From assembly GCA_964016885.1 (NCBI GenBank), contig OZ024744.1:9858001-9922000 (forward strand): a DNA stretch of 64,000 nucleotides. The letters are read 5' to 3'. Each line of letters opens with the position of its first letter. The first letter of the stretch is position 1. The notes beneath the pieces were generated by a model that saw nothing but the letters and a program-made list of their open reading frames with translations, did no database searches and was not told the origin of the DNA. Position numbers and translations under genes: made by a program. This document shows positions 24,398 to 36,629 of this stretch, piece by piece. Source of the stretch: Eledone cirrhosa. Taxonomy: Eukaryota.

Positions 24398-24739
24398 CAT
24401 CATCATCATCATCACCGTTTTACGTCCGTTCTTCCACGCTAGCATGGGTTAGACGGGTTGTCCTGTTGTGGGCAGTGTCTGGTCGGCTGACCATGCCTTG
24501 CTCATACAAGGCTTGATTTCTACAGCTGGATGCCCTTCCTAACACCAACCTCATTTACAGTGAGTGCTGGGTGCTTTTTCGTGGCGCCTACACGTCCACT
24601 TTACAGTGTGGGCTGGGTGCTTTTTTGCCGTGGCACCTCCACGACCACCTTGCGGTGGGGGGAGTGGGGGCATATTGTTTATATGCTTCAGCAGGTACCC
24701 ATGGGAGGTCGTGTACTCTATTACTGCATGACGCCAGAG
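24398..24739 (-). mobile_element. RTE subfamily B 3' UTR fragment
   Basis: Matches 16020-16370. Confidence 0.8.
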
Positions 24740-24896
24740 ATGTGGGTTTGACTCCCATGTACGTCAATACTCGTCTTTTTCCATTTCTCTGAGGGTTCTA
24801 AACCCCACTTTCAGGCTAAAATTTCTTTAGTAAAAAAATACGGTGAAAGCTTCTATTTTCTAATTTCAAACTTGCTCGCTGTTTCAAAACATACTT

Positions 24897-24960
<64 letters not shown>

Positions 24961-24965
<5 letters not shown>

Positions 24966-26200
24966 GAAAATAACAGGAGGCTGGACTGGTGTAAATCCTT
25001 GAAAGGTTTATTATACTATGATCATTTCAATGACCGGGTTCGGTATGAATCCGGTGATATCATCAGGTATTCGAAATATAACAAAGGAATATAGCAGATA
25101 AAATCTATGGGGCTGAAAATCAGAGACAAGAGGACGACCAACTATTTAGCAGCTTCTACCTCTGTCGGTCGCCCTCGAGTGTTGATTATTAAGTCTACTT
25201 AAGACCATCTGGTGAGGGGCGTAAGCTTATAAGGTGCTACAACCTCCCCGTCAAAGAGAAAAGGTCATGCCACAATCGGGCTGAAATTGCCGCGAAAAAT
25301 GTTTTTTCCAAAGCACATATATCTTTAACAAAGGCGTCTGTATGGTTTAATGTGTGAACAGAAATTTTGGTTAGCAATTAGGAATGTTAAACTTATGTTT
25401 AGAGTTATAGGATGAAATTAGAAAAATAAGAGAAATAAGGTTTACGGTTTGGGTTGTGAGATTTAGTTAAAGAATTTACAGAAAGAGTCTTTTACGAAAA
25501 GGTTTAAGTGTATTATAGATAGTCTTGATAAGTTTTCAGAGTAGGATATAGAGTAAAGATTAAGCCCTTGTTTAGTAGTCAATAATCAGCGACGATTGCA
25601 GATCCCGGCCAGCCCTTCCAAACCACGTGTCAGCCGTTCCGAGCGATATCGTCTAGCGAAAGAAATGGAAATTAATTTTTCTGAGCACTCCAGGAATGTA
25701 ACTGTGTTAGGAGTCGGGTGTGCTAGCGGGAAGTCCGCCATCGCCGGCTAGCCATCGACTATACCAAACGAATACTATTAATTCACGCAGGAGAGGGATT
25801 TATTTACGTGCAGTAGAGGGAGGCATGATACAGCTAATAGTTATGATTAAGCCTAGAAATTTAAAGGTACTATTTGGTGGTCAAAACCGGCGGTGCGGCG
25901 GGCCCCGGGACGAAGCAGCCGTCCCGAGTAATTTCGTTTACCAAAAGAAGGGGAAATTTGTTTTTCCAAGCACTCAAGGAAGGCTTATCCACCCAGGCGC
26001 CCGGCATGCAGCCGGGAAAAACCGCCACATCTGTCGGATCATCGCGTGTTACCAAACGATTAGTATATATTCACACCCGTGATGTGAGGTTGAAAGTGGT
26101 AAAACCCGATGAAATGCGCAAAAAGACTATATTTAGTCCCCAGTTAGTCCGGGTTATAGGTAGTGTGGTTCTTAGGGGGGTAGGAGGAGTGAATAAAGAT
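24961..26200 (-). mobile_element. Highly degenerate probable Penelope-like remnant
   Basis: Hammerhead about 50 bp from a (TA)n junction. Weak upstream peptide echoes of PLE C-termini (LEK/HFSRQFQPD across a frameshift). Confidence 0.35.
25013..25070 (-). ncRNA. Minimal type I hammerhead ribozyme motif with palindromic helix III
   Basis: AUAC CUGAUGA UAUCACCGGAUUC-AUACC-GAACCCGGUCAUU GAA AUGAUCAU A GUAU. The conserved core is intact; the base of helix II is mismatched. Confidence 0.7.
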
Positions 26201-26422
26201 AAACAGGTATAAGGGTACAGAGAGTAATATTCTAGTGTCGTGTGCTAATGAGCACAATAAGTATATAATGAGAGTAAAGCGAGTAAATAGATACCTAAAT
26301 AAAAGGAACAATAAGCAAAATACATAAATAAAAAGCAGAATACAAAAATAAAAATTAAACAAATAAATAATAATACATAAATTACATCAATGCCCTAGGG
26401 ACGGCATTAGGCGATTTAGCGA

Positions 26423-26822
26423 TCTCTCTCTATAATTCTTAGTCTTTCTCTTTTTAGATAGATACATACATATAACGTTGCGCCCTTATAATATCTGTCT
26501 GTATGTCTGGCTGTCTGCATTACGTCACTTCCTACAATTCGCTGTGCGTCCAGAATGCGGCCTTATAATATCTGTCTGTATGTCTTGCTGTCTGTATGTC
26601 TTGCTGTCTGCTGCATCCGGTTATTCTGCAACTCTTGCTCAAGACAAATCTCACACTCATTCCCTAAACAGTTGGTAAGTGCCCACAACTTCTTCCTCAC
26701 GTTTACGTACCACCAGACCCTTACTTCTTTGCCAGCCGTGGTTGTGGCAATACTAAGCTTAGCTAAGGCGGTTATATATTTCACAATACCTTATCCCGTG
26801 CAACACCGGGTACCACTGCTAG
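26423..26822 (+). mobile_element. Non-autonomous Helitron-like element
   Basis: 3' end CCCGTGCAACACCGGGTACCACTGCTAG (hairpin + CTAG) followed by T, shared with the element at 52099. The 5' boundary is uncertain. Confidence 0.65.
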
Positions 26823-27176
26823 TAGATAATATATGTAGGTGTCACGACAAAAAAATACAGTCCACGCTGTAATGTAGCCGTGTAGATAACACGCTAAAAA
26901 GTTCCCAGTCCACACTGTAAACGTGGTTGGTGATAGGAAGGGCATCCAGCCGTAGAAAACCTGCCAGAGTCCTATACAAGCGAGACATGGTCACCCAACC
27001 AACCTTGCCTCAAATTGGGACAACTCCCGTCTAACCCATGCTAGCGTGGAAGATAGACGTTAAACGATGATGATGATATATAATCATCATCATCATCAAT
27101 TTACGTCCGCTTTTTTTGCAGTGATACAGAAGACCTGACTTCCCACAGGAACAAGCCGAAGCTGAGGTATATAGAC

Positions 27177-27686
27177 CAGGGGTTCCCAACATTTTTGTCG
27201 TTATCACCCACTTTTCCACACACAAAAATTCCCATCGCCCGCCTGTGCAGTAATTTTAAGGATCCAAAAATAAAGCATTATTCAGAATGGTTGCTTAATA
27301 AATGAAATATTTATTAAGATGAAATATTGCAAAATGGTCATTTGGAGTTGACACGTTATTCAGAAGAGTGAAGTTTTTGATTGCTAAATGTTTCTCAATG
27401 AAACAAAATTGAAAAATGATACATCTCTTAAATGTTCAACAAACTCACCAAGTTTAGTTTTCAGTGTGATCCTTGAGGCTGATGCAACGTAGCTAATGCA
27501 GACACACTAGGGAAGAGTGAATCCGAACTGTGTGATTAGAGCATACCGGCCATTATATGATCAATAACATACTTAATTACCGAAAATCCTTTGTTGCCCA
27601 CCATTTCCTAAAAAATTTGTTCATCGCCCACCAGATAGTTGAAATCACCTACCGGTGGGCGATATCACCCAGGTTGGGAAACCCTG
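27177..27686 (-). mobile_element. Non-autonomous hAT (Buster/Charlie-like) element inserted in an RTE-B 3' UTR
   Basis: TIRs CAGGGGTTCCCAAC / GTTGGGAAACCCTG; 8-bp TSD ATATAGAC at 27169-27176 and 27687-27694; minus-strand remnant ...LHQPQGSH*. Confidence 0.88.
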
Positions 27687-28241
27687 ATATAGACAATAGG
27701 CCCGCACCCCCTCCCACTGCAAAAACAAGGTCAGCCATTTGGACACTGCTGGCAACAGGACAACCCGTCTAATCCATGCTAGCGTGGAAAAACGGAGGTG
27801 ATGGTGGTACAGCAAAAAAGCACCCGAACCACACTGTAAAGTGGACGTGGAGGTGCCATGGAAAAAAAGCACTCAGTACTCACTGTAAATGAGGTTGGTG
27901 TTAGGAAGGGCATCCAGCTGTAGAAATCAAGCCAGAATCAGTTCCTGTATGAGCAAGACAAGGTCAGCCAACTGGGCACTGCCCACAACAGGACAACCCG
28001 TCCTAGAGTGGAAGAACGGTGATGATGATGATGTTGATTTAGCCTGCCTGCAAGGGTGCGACGGGTCCTATTCAGCACAGCATCTCTCCAGTAGTCACGG
28101 TCCTTCGTCATCTCCGTGAGTTTCAGCGATCTGAGGTCAGCTCTCACCACCCTTGCCAATGTCTTCGGCGATCTTGCTATATAATACAGTATATATATAC
28201 ATATATATAAAATATATCTATATATATATAATATATATAGA

Positions 28242-29660
28242 ATATTTCGTTTCTGAATTTGTTTAGTAAGATTCTTTATCTGAAATCGTGTGTTGAAACC
28301 GATATTGTTATACTTTGGGAGGGTCATGTTGCCAATAAGAAACACACGCACCAGTTGCTTTCACTTCAATTTATTATAATAAATTTATAAATTTAGGAAT
28401 TTATAAATTTCCGGTTGGTTGGTTGGTTCCACAACCAGATGGTTGTTTATATATTGTCAAAGTTCTTTCGTCACACATTCTGTGACCTCTTTAGTGACTG
28501 GGGATTCTTTTCTTTGCTTTTGTGCCTCTCCTTTGTTGTCCTACGCCATCTTGTTTCTGTGTGTGTGCTGTGTGCTCAGTCTGCGCATGCGCCACATCCG
28601 GGTGTCTGTGTGTGTTTATATTTGTTTATTTATTTGTTTATTTACATGTTACAGGTTGGTTGTTTGTTCTATGTGCGTGTGTGTTTTCATTTTGTCCTTA
28701 ATTGTAAGTTGTGATGTTGCTGTTCCACTCATGTTTTCTATTTAATTTTGGTTGTAATTCTTTTATGTTTATTGCCTCTGTGATTTGTCTAAACATTGCG
28801 TCTTTTCTGTGTGTAGATTCTATTTTTATTTCTATGTTCTCTAATTTATGTTCTATTTTAGCATGTTGGTAGAGTACAGATGATTCTTTACTATCTTGAA
28901 GGTCTCGCCAGTGTTCATTTATCCGTTCCCCTACACTACAAGCTGTCTCACCTATGTACACTATATTTTTGTCTCTACATTGTCCTTCAGTACATCTTAT
29001 GCTATATACTACGTTTCTAGTTTTACAGTTAATATGGGGGCTTAATTTACAGGTTATACATTTCTTATCTATACAGGGGGGTCTTTGGAAAGGGTATGTC
29101 TTGCTAATAAGTGTTTTTACGGAGGTACCTGGTCCTTCTACTATCTTAATATTGAGTTTATGTTTATCTAGGGCCCTTCTAAATTTGTAAGCTAATTCAC
29201 CTCTAGGGGTTGTATCGATGAACATTACACTCTGGTATTTATTGCTATCATACCATGAGTTTATTCTATTAGCTTTATTCCTAGTTCTTTCTATTCTATT
29301 CCAAAATTTGCTCCTATACAAGGGGCAGGTCCCATTTGTGTCATTATTTACCATTTTTTCCCATTTGGTTCTGGTTCCTCTATACACTCTGATTTTATCT
29401 CTCTGATTGTAACCAGAGAACTGCATACGGTGGATGAAGTGTTGTATGTGTCTCTCTAGTTCTTCGGGGTTGCACATGCGGGACACGTATCTCATCACCC
29501 GTACCAAATCCGCAATCAGTATGTTGATTTTGGTATGGTCCGAAATAGCTGAGTTTCGGAGGATCAGATATTTGGAAGTCATGGGTTTGGCATAATGGGA
29601 ATGGAGGATTTGTTTTTTGTTATTAATGGTATCTAACCAGAGCTCTGTGTCTAGTACAGG
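28242..29660 (-). mobile_element. Inverted 5'-truncated copy of PLE family 2 (RT C-terminus, GIY-YIG, pseudo-LTR)
   Basis: Reverse complement of about 33012-34369 plus ORF-start sequence; ORF 28698-29582 contains VVYSIRC...YIGETA. Confidence 0.92.
28456..28498 (-). ncRNA. Hammerhead motif in the inverted PLE copy, with a core G5-to-A change
   Basis: GUCA CUAAAGA G GUCACA-GAAUG-UGUGAC GAAA GAACUU UGAC. Confidence 0.65.
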
Positions 29661-30011
29661 GTAAATTAGAGAACATAGAAATAAAAATAGAATCTACACA
29701 CAGAAAAGACGCAATGTTTAGACAAATCACAGAGGCAATAAACATAAAATAATTACAACCAAAATTAAATAGAAAACATAAGTGGAACAGCAACATCACA
29801 ACTTACAATTAAGGACAAAATGAAAACACACATGCACATAGAACAAACAACCAACCTGTAACATGTAAATAAACAAATAAATAAACGAATATAAACACAC
29901 ACAGACAGCCGGATGTGGCGCATGTGCAGACTGAGCACACAACACACACACAGAAACAAGATGGCGTAGGACAACAAAGGAGAGGCACAAAAATAAAGAA
30001 AAGAATCCCCA

Positions 30012-30054
30012 GTCACTGAAGAGGTCACAGAATGTGTGACGAAAGAACTTTGAC
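30012..30054 (+). ncRNA. Minimal type I hammerhead ribozyme, upstream pseudo-LTR
   Basis: GUCA CUGAAGA G GUCACA-GAAUG-UGUGAC GAAA GAACUU^UGAC; predicted cleavage after 30050. Confidence 0.78.
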
Positions 30055-30174
30055 AATATATAAACAACCATCTGGTTGTGGAACCAACCAACCAAAAGGA
30101 AATTTATAAATTTATAAATTTATTATAATAAATTGAAGTGAAAGCAACTGGTGCGTGTGTTTCTTATTGGCAAC

Positions 30175-33100
30175 ATGACCCTCCCAAAGTATAACAATAT
30201 CGGTTTCAACACACGTTTTCAGATAAAGAATCTTGCTAAACAAATTCAGAAACGAAATATCGTAAGCCTTAGCCAGGCTAACAAGATACTGAAAACCACC
30301 ATGTTCTGTTGTCTACGAAAAACAATAACATCTCGACAACTACACTTCATAAAAGAATGTGCCTCGTCCCGAGTTTACACCAACACCATTACCGATGTAA
30401 GAAGATTACAACTCACCAAAAAGCAAGCAGATAGGCTAAAACGAACACTAATTCTAAACATAAAAAAGAAGATCTATAGAGAATTAAGTCATCAAGAAAA
30501 ACATAAGCGTAACCTGATACAAGAAACAACTAAGATCACCACACCAAGAGAAAAACTAATATTTATAAACCTTATACGTCCTGAAGAACAGTACATTGTT
30601 CAAGAATGTGATAAGCACTTTAAAAAGAAAGTAAAGTGGCTTAAACAGATAAAACTAAATCAAGATACTTTAGCGAATACCAATAGATATCCCGACAAAA
30701 TTGACAGTATAAATATGGCCAACATCTCATTAACAGATGAGTTCAACAACAACAACATAAATATATACAGCAACACTATGGTCGACTCTGATGAATTATC
30801 TGTATTACAACTACCACCTAAATATGACACATTCAAGAAGGTAAATATGATTAGTTGTTTGTCAGAAATAGAAAAATCATTTACAAAATTACGTTGGAGC
30901 CTCAAAAACAAAAACAAAAACAAAAGTAACAACATACGCACACACACACACATATACAACACACATCCCAACAACAACAGACACAAACAACAATAACAAC
31001 ACACACAACAATAATAACACACACGGAGACAACAACAACACACATCAACAACAGCACACATCAACAACAACAACAACACACACACACATTCTATGCCTCT
31101 CATCACCACCACAATCTTAACAAACACACAGACACAGAAAACAAGTAATTGCAGTAGCACAGAAATAAGGGAAGGTAATAGGATTGAAAGGAGAAGGGAG
31201 ACTATGGACAGCGAAAATAACCAGGACGAACATACAGACACACAAAATAGAGTAGATAATTGTTTCTACTTTAGGCACAAGGCCAGCAATAAACCAGTGC
31301 ATTACTGGTACTTTATTTTATCGACCCCGTAAGGATGAAAGGCAAAGTCAACCTCGGTGGGATTTGAACTCAGATCGTAAAGGGACGTAACTATGCTGGA
31401 AAGCATGGTGTCCGACCCTCTACCGATACTGCCAATCCACCATCCACCATCAAAATAGAGTAGATAATAAGAATGAGCCAGAGGAAAGGGACAGGAGTAA
31501 TAATGAGAGACATAGAAACAACCATGAGGCTGTTGGTGGAAATAGAAACAACACAACTAACAATAACAATAGCACAAGTACACATAAAGCAGCAGCCTGG
31601 AACACTACTTTTTATAATCCCTCCGATAAGTCGTTCGACCTGCGACGAGTCCACGCCACGACTTTACCTTTTAACAAACGCACGCAATTGCCGTCGCAGG
31701 TCGATGAACAAACAGAAGCAAAATTTAGTATAGCTAGATCTAAACTTAGAAATATTATAGAACAGTATAGCAAGAAGCATAATAGAATGGAGACCCAGCA
31801 ACTGGGAGAAAATTCTGCAAATGGCTTGCGTAAGCTCATGCAGCGCTCGCGTAATGGAGAGATAGCATGCTTTCCAACAGACAAGTCTGGTAGAATGTTG
31901 GTTGACAGTCTGCCAAACTACATCCAGGCAATGCAACCCCACATCACTAACACAAGAGCAGTAACACCACAAGAGCATGAGGATAGAGAAAAAGCCCTCA
32001 ATGCCCATATGGTGATGTGGACAAATATAATGCAGCCCAACAAAAGGACTGCCAACAACTTCCAGGCCTGGAACAATGACGTGCCAGCATTGTATGGGCT
32101 TCGAAAAGACCATAAAACGGGCAGTGACCCTGTCACGGGACCACTAACACGGCCAGTCTGTGGGGCTAACATTGCTAGTAACTACAGACTGTCCTACTTC
32201 CTCTCCCTGATCATACGCCCCGTCATTGAAATGTCCCCAGATGTATGTGACAGCACGGAGGACCTCCTCAGCAGAATCGGCGAGAGTAACCGATCTAGGG
32301 ACCTAACAAACTGCATAATAGGTAGTATGGATGTTGTGTCCCTGTATCCATCTATTGACGTGGATTTTGCTGTGGAGAAATGCGTAGAAATGATCAGTGA
32401 GCAATGTTGAGTTCCGTGGGATTGATACCAATGAGCTGGAACTCCTACTTAAACTTACCTATAGTAATAATTACCTAGACACATATGACCTTAGCAACCT
32501 GTGCTCTACAAGACCAGCAAGAGGCAGACCACCTACCATTACCTCAATGGCCAAGAAAACCCACACAGATAGATGGAACGGGTGGACCAGAGCCATACGG
32601 ACACCCGAAAACCATGATGAACTAAAGAAAATGATCGCACATGCGGTGGGGGCCAGCATAAAATTAACCCTTAAGGAACATATGTTCAAATTTAATGGAA
32701 AAACATATGCCCAAGAGGAAGGAGCAGCCATTGGTGTTAGCATTGCAGGCGACATAGCTAACTTATTCATGGTATGGTGGGACAGTAGACTTAAACTTAA
32801 ACTCAAAGAACAATTAGAAGACCCCTTAACCCTGATAATGCACTCCCGCTACGTTGATGATATAAACATCGTAGTTAAAACACCCCCACAAGAGAACAGT
32901 CAGGATTTAGAGAAAAACACAATGGAAAGCATCCAGCAAATAGCTAACTCCATCCACCAGAGTATTAGAGTTACTATAGACTACCCAAGTAAACACCCCA
33001 ACCATCGATTACCTGTACTAGACACAGAGCTCTGGTTAGATACCATTAATAACAAAAAACAAATCCTCCATTCCCATTATGCCAAACCCATGACTTCCAA

Positions 33101-33973
33101 ATATCTGATCCACCGAAACTCAGCTATTTCAGACCATACCAAAATCAACATACTGATTGCGGATTTGGTACGGGTGATGAGAAACGTGTCCCGCATGTGC
33201 AACCCCGAAGAACTAGAGAGACACATACAACACTTCATCCACCGTATGCAGCTCTCTGGTTACAATCAGAGAGATAAAATCAGAGTGTATAGAGGAACCA
33301 GAACCAAATGGGAAAAATGGTAAATAATGACACAAATGGGACCTGCCCCTTGTATAGGAGCAAATTTTGGAATAGAATAGAAAGAACTAGGAATAAGGCT
33401 AATAGAATAAACTCATGGTATGATAGCAATAAATACCAGAGTGTAATGTTCATCGATACAACCCCTAGAGGTGAATTAGCTTACAAATTTAGAAGGGCCC
33501 TAGATAAACATAAACTCAATATTAAGATAGTAGAAAGACCAGGTACCTCCGTAAAAACAATAATTAGCAAGACATACCCTTTCCAAAGACCCCCCTGTAT
33601 AGATAAGTAATGTATAACCTGTAAATTAAGCCCCCATATTAACTGTAAAACTAGAAACGTAGTATATAGCATAAGATGTACTGAAGGACAATGTAGAGAC
33701 AAAAATATAGTGTACATAGGTGACATAGCTCGTAGTGTAGGGGAACGGATAAATGAACACTGGCGAGACCTTCAAGATAGTAAAGAATCATCTGTACTCT
33801 ACCAACATGCTAAAATAGAACATAAATTAGAGAACATAGAAATAAAAATAGAATCTACACACAGAAAAGACGCAATGTTTAGACAAATCACAGAGGCAAT
33901 AAACATAAAAGAATTACAACCAAAATTAAATAGAAAACATGAGTGGAACAGCAACATCACAACTTACAATTAA
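30175..33973 (+). pseudogene. PLE polyprotein (N-terminal domain, Asn/Thr/His-rich linker, RT, Cys motif, GIY-YIG) with frameshifts, a stop and a SINE insertion
   Basis: MTLPKYNN start, RPVCGAN, GSMDVVSLYPSI, GAAIG, RYVDD, LPVLD, PCIDKxCITC, VVY...YIG and EAINIKELQPKLNRKHEW. Confidence 0.9.
31261..31450 (-). mobile_element. Meta-like tRNA-SINE inserted in the PLE linker
   Basis: Same family as 22378-22578; 18-bp TSD CAAAATAGAGTAGATAAT at 31243-31260 and 31451-31468. Confidence 0.88.
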
Positions 33974-34172
33974 GGACAAAATGAAAACACACACGCACAT
34001 AGAACAAACAACCAACCTGTAACATGTAAATAAACAAATAAATAAACGAATATAAACACACACAGACACCCGGATGTGGCGCATGCGCAGACTGAGCACA
34101 CAACACACACACAGAAACAAGATGGCGTAGGACAACAAAGGAGAGGCACAAAAGCAAAGAAAAGAATCCCCA

Positions 34173-34215
34173 GTCACTGAAGAGGTCACAGAATGTGTGA
34201 CGAAAGAACTTTGAC
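34173..34215 (+). ncRNA. Minimal type I hammerhead ribozyme, downstream pseudo-LTR
   Basis: Identical to 30012-30054; predicted cleavage after 34211. Confidence 0.78.
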
Positions 34216-34394
34216 AATATATAAACAACCATCTGGTTGTGGAACCAACCAACCAACCGGAAATTTATAAATTCCTAAATTTATAAATTTATTATAATAA
34301 ATTGAAGTGAAAGCAACTGGTGCGTGTGTTTCTTATTGGCAACATGACTCTCCCAAAGTATAACAATATATATAGAATATATATATATAATATA

Positions 34395-35247
34395 TCTATA
34401 TATCTAAAACAGAGAATGTCTGTCTGTCTCCCTAAATCTCGAGAACCACCCAACGGATTTTTTTCAAACTTTACACATGTAATACTTATTGTCGTGTGAG
34501 TGTTTTGAACAACAAATATTTCAAATTTTCAATGCCTTAGGGACCGCATTAGGCGAAAAACTGCATATTTTAGGCTTTAAAGGCTTTTTTAGGCATAACG
34601 GAACAATAACCACGCGATTTCTTCAAAATTTGCATTACTTATGTCGTTCAAAGTGTTTTGAGCAAAAAAGATTTTTTCATTTTTTGCCCCAATGACCGCA
34701 TTAGGCAAAAAAACGATTTTTTGAAGCATTTTGGTTGTGTTAGTACTCGAGAAGTACCCAACCAATTTGTTTTTAACTTTGCATATAGATTACTTATGTT
34801 TCACAAATTTTCTTGACTGAAAAAGATTTCAAATATTTTCCCGGGGACCACATTGTTTAGTATTTTGGTTGCGTTAGGGCCTGTATGTAACTTAAAAAGT
34901 ATCCAACTAAATTCCTTCATGCTCTCCACCACTGCAGTCCCACATGCTTACTGCTCTGTAACTATTGCTTTCATTGTACCATAGCACAACAAATACATGT
35001 TCTGTTTGTCGAATGCCTTTTTACTTAACTCTATCGTCTTGGCTTTCATGGGTTGAACATTTTACTCTCAGGCCCCCAAGTAAGTTAAACCCCTGGTAAT
35101 CTACGACAAATTTTTTTTATAAGCACAAAATGTAGACACCATTCCCAGGTTGAGATATTCTATACTTCTCTGTACTGTTTCAGAAAGGAGGGATAAACAT
35201 GCCAATCTATGTTTAGAATCCTGAGCAACGCCGGGCCATTCTGCTAG
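34395..35247 (+). mobile_element. Non-autonomous Helitron
   Basis: 5' TCTATATATCTAAAAC...; 3' CCTGAGCAACGCCGGGCCATTCTGCTAG; sits between A and T. Confidence 0.78.
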
Positions 35248-35269
35248 TATATATTATTATCATTATCAA

Positions 35270-35748
35270 CATCATCATCATCATTTTACGTCCGTTTTTC
35301 CCTGCTTGCAAGGGTGGGACGGGTCCTATTCAGCACAGCATCTCTCCACTTGACACGGTCCTTCGTCATCTCCTCCATGAGCTTCAGCGATCTGAGGTCT
35401 GCTCTCACCACCTCTGCCCATGTTTTTCGTGGTCTTCCTCTACTGCGCCTTCCTTCTACTGGGACTTCCTGGCACTTCTTCACCCATCGGTCATCCTCCA
35501 TGCACATCACATGTCCATACTATCACAGTCTTCTCTCCTGCACACCACAACTTATCCCTCTTATACCCAGTTTCTCTCTCAACTCATCTATGCTTGGTCG
35601 TTCACACACATTGACATTGCACATCCAACGGAGCATACTTGCTTCATTTCTCTCCAGCCGTTGCATATCCTCTGCAGTTGCTGCCCGTGTCTCACTATCA
35701 TGCAGCATCGCACATCTCACACAGGCATCATATAACCATCCTTTCGTG
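35270..35748 (-). mobile_element. RTE subfamily C 3' fragment
   Basis: ...RRSRGRPRKTWAEVV...RPTLASREKRT* directly followed by (TGA)n. Confidence 0.88.
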
Positions 35749-35837
35749 TTGAGTTTGTTGATCTATCTGTTTAGCTAGAGTCAGCAATGATACCTCAATC
35801 TTGTGATGCTAAACTCCACCAGTTGCAGATTGCGGAT

Positions 35838-36618
35838 TCATCATCATCATCATCACCGTTTTACGTCCGTTCTTCCACGCTAGCATGGATTAGACGGGTT
35901 GTCCTGTTGTGGTCAGTGCCCAGTCGGCTGACCATGACTTGCTCATATGGGAACTGATTCTGGCTTGATTTCTACAGCTGGATGCCCTTCTTAACACCAA
36001 CCTTTTTACAGTGAGTGCTGGGTGCTTTTTTTCGTGACGCCTACATGTCCATTTTACAGTGTGGGCTGGGTGCTTTTTTGCCGTGCCGTCCATCTATCAC
36101 GTCCCCTGATGAGGATAAAATCTATCTGACTAGAATGCTCCCCTGATCTATAGGTGATCAGATGGTTGTTGGGTTTTTTGAAATTTGTGTTACATATCGA
36201 CATGTCATTGGTGTCGCAGAATTCTAGAAGCCTGAAGCCTTCTTCATTTCTTGTGCCAAACCTGTGGCCTCCATGGACTCTATAGAAGCTGTCACGGTGT
36301 TTACCTATGTGTCTGTTAAAATCTGCAATGATTAGGAAGTCATTGTCGTTTGTTAGGGGAATTGTGTGAATTAGGGACTCGTAAAACCTATCTTAAGTTC
36401 GACTGGCAACCCCGATTGGGGGTGCGTAAGCTGATATTATTGTGGCAATTGTTTTATTCAGGACTAGTCTGAGTTTAATGATTGCGTTCACCCTGTTCAC
36501 TGAGATTACCTTATCTACCCATTTGTCAGCTAATAGTATACCCAGAAAAATTTATAGCACTGACTTTTGCCTACAAGGACTCTAACAGACTCTCCTTTCC
36601 ATCTAGTCTCTTTAACAT
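35838..36618 (-). mobile_element. Degenerate RTE endonuclease fragment joined to a B-type 3' UTR
   Basis: Minus strand IISAYAP, GTRNEEG, LEFCD and SQIDFIL motifs. Confidence 0.7.
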
Positions 36619-36629
36619 GTGATATCCCT

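Larger units (their letters stand above)
29662..34369 (+). mobile_element. Full-length Penelope-like element family 2 with direct pseudo-LTRs (29662-30200 and 33823-34369)
   Basis: About 540-bp direct repeat made of ORF end + 3' UTR + ORF start, flanking an RT/GIY-YIG ORF. Confidence 0.93.

Noticed and set aside
24785-24816. Hammerhead in the (TA)n-ending SINE-like repeat
   Set aside because: Minus-strand CUGAAAG lacks G8/A9 and is not conserved in the other copies.
33608-33610. Programmed recoding or selenocysteine in the PLE ORF
   Set aside because: The stop is TAA and the inverted copy has AAA (Lys) at this position, so it is an ordinary mutation.
36104-36140. CTGATGAG hammerhead-like core
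   Set aside because: No helix II followed by GAAA; it is the antisense of RTE coding sequence (SQIDFILIR).
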